Below are positions 57,055 through 64,000 of a DNA stretch of 64,000 bases, one piece after another; the first letter of the stretch is position 1, and each line of letters opens with the position of its first letter. Origin of the DNA: Octopus vulgaris (lineage: Eukaryota); NCBI GenBank assembly GCA_951406725.2, contig OX597836.1, positions 6,200,001-6,264,000 on the forward strand, written 5' to 3'. The notes under the pieces were generated by a model. That model saw only the letters and a list, made by a program, of their open reading frames with translations. It was not told where the DNA came from and did no database searches. The position numbers were made by a program, and so were the translations under genes.

Positions 57055-57935
57055 TTTACTCTTTTACTTGTTTCAGTCATTTGACTGCGGCCATGCTGGA
57101 GCACCACCTTTAGTCGAGCAAATCGACACCGGGACTTATTCTTTGTAAGCCCAGTACTTATTCTATCGGTCTCTTTTGCCGAACCGCTAAGTGACGGAGA
57201 CGTAAACACACCAGCATCGGTGGTCAAGCAATGCTAGGGGGGCAAACACAAACACACACACATACATATATACATACATATATACGACAGGTTTCTTTCA
57301 GTTTACGTCTACCAAATCCACTCACAAGGCATTGGTCGGCCCGGGGCTATAGCAGAAGACACTTACCCAAGATGCCACGCAGTGGGACTGAACCCGGAAC
57401 CATGTGGTTGGTTAGCAAGCTACTTACCACACAGCCACTCCTGCGCCTTCATCTCTATTCGTTTTTTTTATATGTTTTGGCAGATTCCAACGTCAATATC
57501 TGATCATTGCTGTTTGTTACTCTCGCTTCAGACGATGTATAATCTTTTACTTGTTTCAGTCATTTGATTGTGGCCATGCTGGAGCACCGCCTTTAGTCGA
57601 GCAAATCGACCCCAGGACTTATTCTTTGTAAGCCTAGTACTTATTCTATCTGTCTTTTTTGCCGAACCGCTAAGTTACGGGGACGTAAACACACCAACAT
57701 CGGTTGTCAAGCGATGTTGGGGGGACAAACACAGACAAACAAACATATACACACACACACATATATATAAATATATATATATTACGGGCTTCTTTCAGTT
57801 TCCGTCTACCAAATCTACTCACAAGGCTTTGGTCGGCCCGAGGCTATAGTAGAAGACACTCGCCCAAGGTGCCACGCAGTGGGACTGAACCCGAGATCAC
57901 GTGGTTCGTAAGCAAGCTACTTACCACACAGCCAC
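57055..57935 (-). mobile_element. Two tandem copies of SINE family B (tRNA head, CORE-like block, internal microsatellite)
   Basis: Reverse complement ggcgcaggagtggctgtgtggtaag...gggttcagtcccactgcgtggca(c/t)cttggg.aag. Copies at 57055-57448 and 57543-57935. Confidence 0.9.
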
Positions 57936-58057
57936 ACGGGTTTCACCGATTCGCCTGTGTAAAAGGACTGAGACACAGTGTGGTGTTTAAACTGTGTTTC
58001 TTCAGCCAAAGCTATCTAACTAGACTTTTAAGTCCGGCTGGGGCACGAGATCTTGAC

Positions 58058-58360
58058 GGCTCTCGGTAACTCCCAATAAAAAAATGAGTATAACGTGCGC
58101 TAAAATACTCCAGAATATATTCTGTTACTCTTTAAATACAACCTTAAAGATCATGGTAAATAGCATAAGAATAAAAAAAAAGATAATTGGCTGCTATTTT
58201 TATTGGTCGAGTAACCACCTGAAAGGTCTCCCTGGAGGGCTCTCGGTGACTCCCGATAAAAGGTGAACGGAACGTGCGCTAAAATACTTCAGAATATATG
58301 CTTTTACTCTTTAGATACAGCCTTAAAGATCACGATAAATAGCATGAGAATATTAAAAAA
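58058..58360. repeat. Tandem duplication with 180-bp period
   Basis: ggctctcggt.actccc.ataaaa...aacgtgcgctaaaatact.cagaatata...ccttaaagatca occurs at 58058 and 58238. Confidence 0.85.
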
Positions 58361-58800
58361 AATCATCGCAATAAATGTTCGATGAATATATATAGTTATT
58401 TTTTGATGTGAAATAAGTAGAATCATTTTACAGTTTTCCATTCTGGAGATATAACGCCAAATATAACACAGACATTAAAATACATTTTTCTTTTGTTCTA
58501 CATAGAATAAATATCTTTTTTTTTCTGTATTGTATTATGTGTTTGTTTAAATAAAACATAGGTTCCAATTAACCTTGCCTTCTGATTTCTGAGATACTTA
58601 ATTGTTTCAATAATGGTTATCATTTTTCACAAGAGACCGGATTGGTGAAAATTTCACGCTCTATCCGCACAGATACTCGCGTACGTGTACACACATACAC
58701 ACACACACACACACACACATATACATGCGACAGAATTTAACACGGCTAATATAAAAAATATATAAATTATTTTAAATACTCCCGGTATTGCTTTTAAATA

Positions 58801-58863
58801 ACCGTTCTATCGACGTTATTGTCAGCTTTGAAGAGAAGAGAAACAACAAACATGGCGGTAAGA
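58801..58863 (+). promoter_or_regulatory. Possible transcription start / tiny first coding exon (aaacATGGCG|gtaaga)
   Basis: ATG at 58852 has A at -3 and is followed by GCG and a GTAAGA donor. A second YY1-like AAGATGGCGG lies at 58901-58910, in unique sequence. The phase does not join directly to the 61107 exon. Confidence 0.3.
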
Positions 58864-60397
58864 AGTGAAAAAAAAAATTAGATAAATAAATAAAGACGCT
58901 AAGATGGCGGAAAAAATGTGAGAAAGAAGAAATCTACTTATTTTTCATTTCTATAACCACTTTTGTCCAGTAAACGTTTTTCTTTCTAATATATTTATTT
59001 ACAACGTGTGATTATAAAAAAAAATTTTGAGTAAATATATGGGTGAATAGATATTTTGGTTTAGTGCCTGCTTCTTTTATGTATATGTGGGTATATATGC
59101 ACATATTTCTGTAAGTATTTGCGTGTGTCTGTGTGTGTGTATATATATATATATACACGCACACATACAGAGAGCGAGAGAAACGTATGTTTATGCAAAT
59201 TTGTGCGTGTGTATATATAATACACATATATAATATGTTTGCAAGACATATATATATAGGTAAGAAAGTTGGTGTGTGAAATATATATATATATATGAAA
59301 GTACACATAGGTTTGTACACATATATGCAAATGTATGAGTGTGTATGTGTGTGCGTGAATATATCTGTGCATATCTATACACAAAAATATGGAGAAACTG
59401 ACGTACACGTGCGTGTGCGAGCGTAAACATATACATAAAGTATCAAATGTACAAACATACAGTATGTACGCATACATGTATTCATTCAATCATAACTACG
59501 ATGATAAATATATAAACATACATACACACACACACATATATATATATATATACATACATACATACACACACACAACCATTTGTTACCCTATGTCTATACA
59601 TACAACCATATGTATACATGTCTGTATGCATACAATCATTTGTACGCATGCATACACACACACAAACATTCACAATCATAAGAACAGCATATGAATGTGG
59701 AATATACTTAAACAATTTTATGTGATTCTTATGCAGGAGAACATTTATGGGTGCTCAGTATATGACATGTTGCAGTACATCAGATAGTCACATGTTAAGC
59801 ACATGTCCGTGTTACAATGCTGCATAGATACCGGGGAACAGGCCATAATGGATGAAGGGGACAAGATGCATTTGAAATAGAAGAGTACGATATCAATGCT
59901 ATTTGAAGTATTCAATTCTTACAGCTTTATATATATATATATACATACACACATATATATACATACACACACACATACACACATATATACACACACACAC
60001 ACACACACATATACATATATACGCACACACACATATATACACACACACACACATATACACACACATATATACATACATACACACATATATACACACACAT
60101 ATATACATACACATATATACATACACACACACATATATACATACACATATATACATACACACACACATATATACACACACATATATACATACACATATAT
60201 ACATACACATATATACATACACATATATACATACACACACATATATACATACATACATACATACATACACACACACATATATATATATATATACATACAC
60301 ATATATATACATGCACACATATGTATATACACACACATACATACATACATACATACACACACACATACATACACACACACACATACAGACATACATG

Positions 60398-60529
60398 GAC
60401 ACACTAGAAGAGGAAGACCGTAGATGACATAACAGACACTGGAACCTGGAAGACGTAGGACATGGCAGTGAGGGAGAAGGACCGCTGGAGAGAACTCGTC
60501 CATGGAACTCGGAAATTTTACCCGCCCCG
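60398..60529 (+). mobile_element. Degraded 3' end of an RTE-like LINE
   Basis: Translation AVREKDRWRELVHG resembles the RTE C-terminal DRxxWRxxVHG motif. Confidence 0.35.
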
Positions 60530-60550
60530 TATATATATATGTGTATGTGC

Positions 60551-60597
<47 letters not shown>

Positions 60598-60614
60598 CGT
60601 GTGTGTGTGTGTGT

Positions 60615-60925
60615 GGAGGCGCAATGGCCCAGTGGTTAGGGCAGCGGTCTCACGGTCGCGGTTTCGATTTCGATTCCAGGACCGGGCGTTGTGTGTTGAG
60701 CGAAAACACCTAAGCTCCACGGGGTTCCGGCAATGGGTGGTGGCGACCCCTGTTGTACTCTTTCGCTCCAACTTTCTCTCACTCTTTCTTCCTCTTTCTT
60801 GTCCCCGACTTCCTACGCAACCGCTGAGCCTGGATGCGCATTCATCCATCCGTCGATGCTCTCGGTGTCGGGGATTGACCTGCTTTCTCTTCTGCGGGTC
60901 TTACGAATGGCAAAGGACCACGTTT
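60615..60925 (+). mobile_element. SINE family C copy
   Basis: ggaggcgcaatggcccagtggttagggc head. Related copies at about 7975-8170(-), 13720-14015(-), 14140-14425(-), 21985-22216(-), 37770-38015(+) and 63440-63575(-). Confidence 0.8.
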
Positions 60926-61106
60926 TGGACTTCTCCCACTCTGGGACGAAGACCGCTTCGCTCAACAAAAAAACAAACGTTTCCTCAAGTAGGACTGATT
61001 TGTGGGGCAAAAAACCCTCGTCCTCACTCCTTTCCGTTTGTTAAACAATATAACTCCCGATTGAATAAATCTGCATTTATTATTATTTTTTTTGTTTTTT
61101 TTATAG

Positions 61107-61244
61107 GGAGAAGCTCCGTCAGTTCGCCGCCATGGCAAGTCGACGTCGATGACGTTTTTTTCTCATCACCAAAACGAAAAAAGCGAAAGTTAATTACAAG
61201 TCCGTCACGGGTCTTAGACATGCCTGGCCTACGAGATGACATTT
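61107..61244 (+). CDS. CDC20-like: Exon encoding the segment just before WD40 repeat 1 of a CDC20-family protein, on the opposite strand to the 3' exons
   Basis: Acceptor tttttgttttttttatag, donor T|gtgagt, 138 nt, phase 1-1. Translates RSSVSSPPWQVDVDDVFFSSPKRKKRKLITSPSRVLDMPGLRDDI(Y), versus CDC20/FZR1 P.R/KVLDAPxLxDDF/YY. Confidence 0.85.
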
Positions 61245-61321
61245 GTGAGTATTATAGTACATCATTATATATACGTGTATATGTATATATTCGTGTTTAT
61301 AGGCGTGTGTGTGTGTGTGTG

Positions 61322-61361
<40 letters not shown>

Positions 61362-61711
61362 AATACACACAAACACACACGTATATACAAGTGTGTATAT
61401 ACATAGATACGCATGAACAGGTATATACATGTGTATATATACATATATACGCATGAACAGGTATATACATGTGTATATACACATGCATACGTATATGCAT
61501 ATTTGTGCGTGTGTGTGTATATGTATATATATATATACGTATGCATATGTACATGTGTGTGTGTATATATATATATATATTGTGTGAATACATCGATGAC
61601 ATGCACCTGGACGCATCTTCAGTAATGTGCCTGGTATCATCGGGTGTTTCGGGTCTTTCAACATCATACACTCCTACGGGTGACCCAGCATACACACACA
61701 CACACGCGCGT

Positions 61712-62050
61712 ATGCAGGCGTGGCTGTGTGGTAAGTAGCCTTGCTTACTAACCACATGGTTCCCGGTTCATTCCCACTGTGTGGCACCTTGGGTAAGTGT
61801 CTTCCACTATGGCCTTGGGCCGACCAAAGTCTTGTGAGTAGATGTCGACAGAAACTGAAAGAGCCCGTCGTGTGTGTGTGTGCGTGTTTGTCTCCACTCT
61901 ATTGCTTGACAACAGATGATGTGTTTATGTCCCCGTAACTTAGCGGTTCGGCAAAGGGTACCGATATAATAAGTACTAGGCATACAAAGAATAAGTCGTG
62001 GGGTCGATTTGCTCCACTAAAGGCGATGCTCCAGCATGGTCGCAGATAAA
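61712..62050 (+). mobile_element. SINE family B copy
   Basis: gcaggcgtggctgtgtggtaagtagc...ggcaccttgggtaagtgtc...gctccagcatgg. Confidence 0.85.
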
Positions 62051-62600
62051 TGATAAAGAATATGTATATACATATGTGTGTATGTATATATATTTATGCA
62101 TACGTATATGTGTGTACATGCATGTATATATATATATACATACATACACACGTTCGCATACATACACGCGCGTACGCATACATACACGCGCGTACGCATA
62201 CATACACGCACGTACGCATACATACATACACATATGTGTGTGTGTGTTTTGATTTATTTGCATATTATATTTGAAATTTTTTACTTATATCTCTTTATCT
62301 TTTTACTATTACTGTATATCTCATTTCATTTTATATATTGCCTTTACTCATATGTAATGGTGTATTAAAGTATGGATTGAGTATCATCGGATAGTTGATG
62401 TTTTACTGATTTAAGTATGTTCCTCCATTCTCTAATTTTGTAGTATATATATATATATACATGTTTGTGTATATTTGCATACATAATTACATTTGTGTGT
62501 ATATATACATATATACTTATGCATACATGCATATTTATTAATAAATAAATACTGCGTGTGTGTACGCGCGTGCATACATATATACATCTTAATATACATG

Positions 62601-62644
<44 letters not shown>

Positions 62645-63269
62645 TGAAATTTCTACACGCACAATACACACAAACATGTTTTGATATACATCTCTAAACA
62701 CACACATACAAACAGTAACACACACGCTCCCAAGATGTCTAAATACATGTATCTTTTCATGCACCATGCCTTGAGGCGTCGGCGTTCACAGGTCTCCGCG
62801 CGCTCCTTTCACGCACCGACCCTCCCTCCATTTCTGCCGTTGAATCTAAGATAAAAAAAATCACTTGAATATTCATGATTTTTCTTTGGAAAGATCAAGC
62901 AAGGTCTCCCGCCACTTGCTGCCGATTCTTTTTTTACAGTTCCCGCTGATGGTTTCTTATTCTTTCTTTTGATGATGAGGGCAAGGGTCAGGAAGAGGGA
63001 GTGCTTCCCTTTATATGAAGGCATTCATATACACCGCTGGTTTATGTGTCTTGGGTCTAGGCCTTCTCTGAAACCTAATATGGTAGTAATCATTTATTAA
63101 ATCAAGCTTACGGATGCAGGCGTGTCTGCGTTAAGAATTTTGCTTGCCAAATACATGGTTCAGGGTTCAACCACTGCATGGCATTTGAGATAAGTATCAT
63201 TATAATATAGCTCTGGGTCGACCAAAACCTTACCAGTCGACTTGGCAAACGGAAACTGAAAGAATTTCA

Positions 63270-63348
<79 letters not shown>

Positions 63349-63809
63349 GTGATCCACTAGGCTATCAGATGCTACAGATCGCTGGTCACAATGCGCTTTT
63401 GCGTTGTTTTAGCCTACAAATTGACGCCAATATTTCCCCCATCCCCCGGTCGAAAGGGGAACTGGAGTAACGTGAAATGAAGTGTTTTGCTCAAGATCTC
63501 AAAGCGTCACCCAGGCAGGGAATCGAACCTACTATCTAGCAATGGTGAGTGTAACAGCCTAACCACTAGGCCACAAGTGTATGTACGTGGGTGTGTGTGT
63601 GTGTTCGTTATCACCGCCTGACAACTGGTGCTGGTTTATTTATGTCCACGTAACTTGCCCTTCGGCCAAAAAGAGCCCGAGACGATATGTACCAGACTTA
63701 AAGAGTAATTTGTTTAATTATGCGGTGCTCCAGCATAGCCACATTCTAATAACTGAAACGAAAGATACACACGTCTCTTATATTTATATCTATATGTGAC
63801 AGAGAGAGG

Positions 63810-63995
63810 GGGGAGTATGCTTAGTAACATCTCGTCAATCTTTGCGTCTTGCGTTCAAATTCCGCTGAGGTCGACTCTGCCTTGCATTAAATAGCGTCGA
63901 TAAAATAAGTACCAGTTGGGGACTGAGGGTCAACGTAATGGACTTATCCTCTCCGACCGAACTTGTTGGCCTTGTGCCAAAAAATTGAAACCAAT
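63810..63995 (+). mobile_element. SINE family A copy
   Basis: gttcaaattccgctgaggtcgac...aagtaccagtt body. Confidence 0.75.
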
Positions 63996-64000
63996 ATTTA

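Noticed and set aside
59737-59900. Possible second exon after the ATGGCG start
   Set aside because: All frames hit stops, there is no C-box (DRF/YIP) and no phase-compatible donor.
60615-60690. tRNA gene
   Set aside because: A/B boxes are present, but it continues into a SINE body and lacks a proper cloverleaf. The same applies to the other SINE heads.
61126-61155. Perfect Kozak gccgccATGG inside the plus-strand exon
   Set aside because: Gives only MASRRR*, out of frame with the CDC20-homologous frame.

Overview
Eukaryotic (animal) genomic DNA. It is AT-rich and saturated with (TA)n, (CA)n, (TAA)n, (GAT)n, (TAGA)n and (GA)n microsatellites and tRNA-derived SINEs. The repeat landscape most resembles an Octopus (coleoid cephalopod) genome; this is an inference. 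Almost all supplied ORFs are microsatellite artefacts. The one clearly supported gene is a divergent CDC20/fizzy-family APC/C co-activator. Its three 3' exons lie on the minus strand (56653-56528, 55659-55473, 50916-50804, ending in the IR tail), but an N-terminal exon (61107-61244, RVLDMPGLRDDI) lies on the PLUS strand, so the gene is split across orientations. Transposons include mariner remnants/MITEs, an R4/Dong-type LINE 3' end, further LINE 3' ends, at least three SINE families and a probable non-autonomous Helentron. The most striking non-coding signal is a complete type I hammerhead ribozyme fold at 28445-28518. It sits in a ~466-nt unit whose adjacent inverted copy runs from the unit's end back into its start, which suggests a circular or tandem RNA template (retrozyme or Penelope pseudo-LTR). 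Other hammerhead relics, 184-nt head-to-tail SINE multimers and a shared SINE/LINE 3' tail are also reported. Repeat boundaries are approximate.
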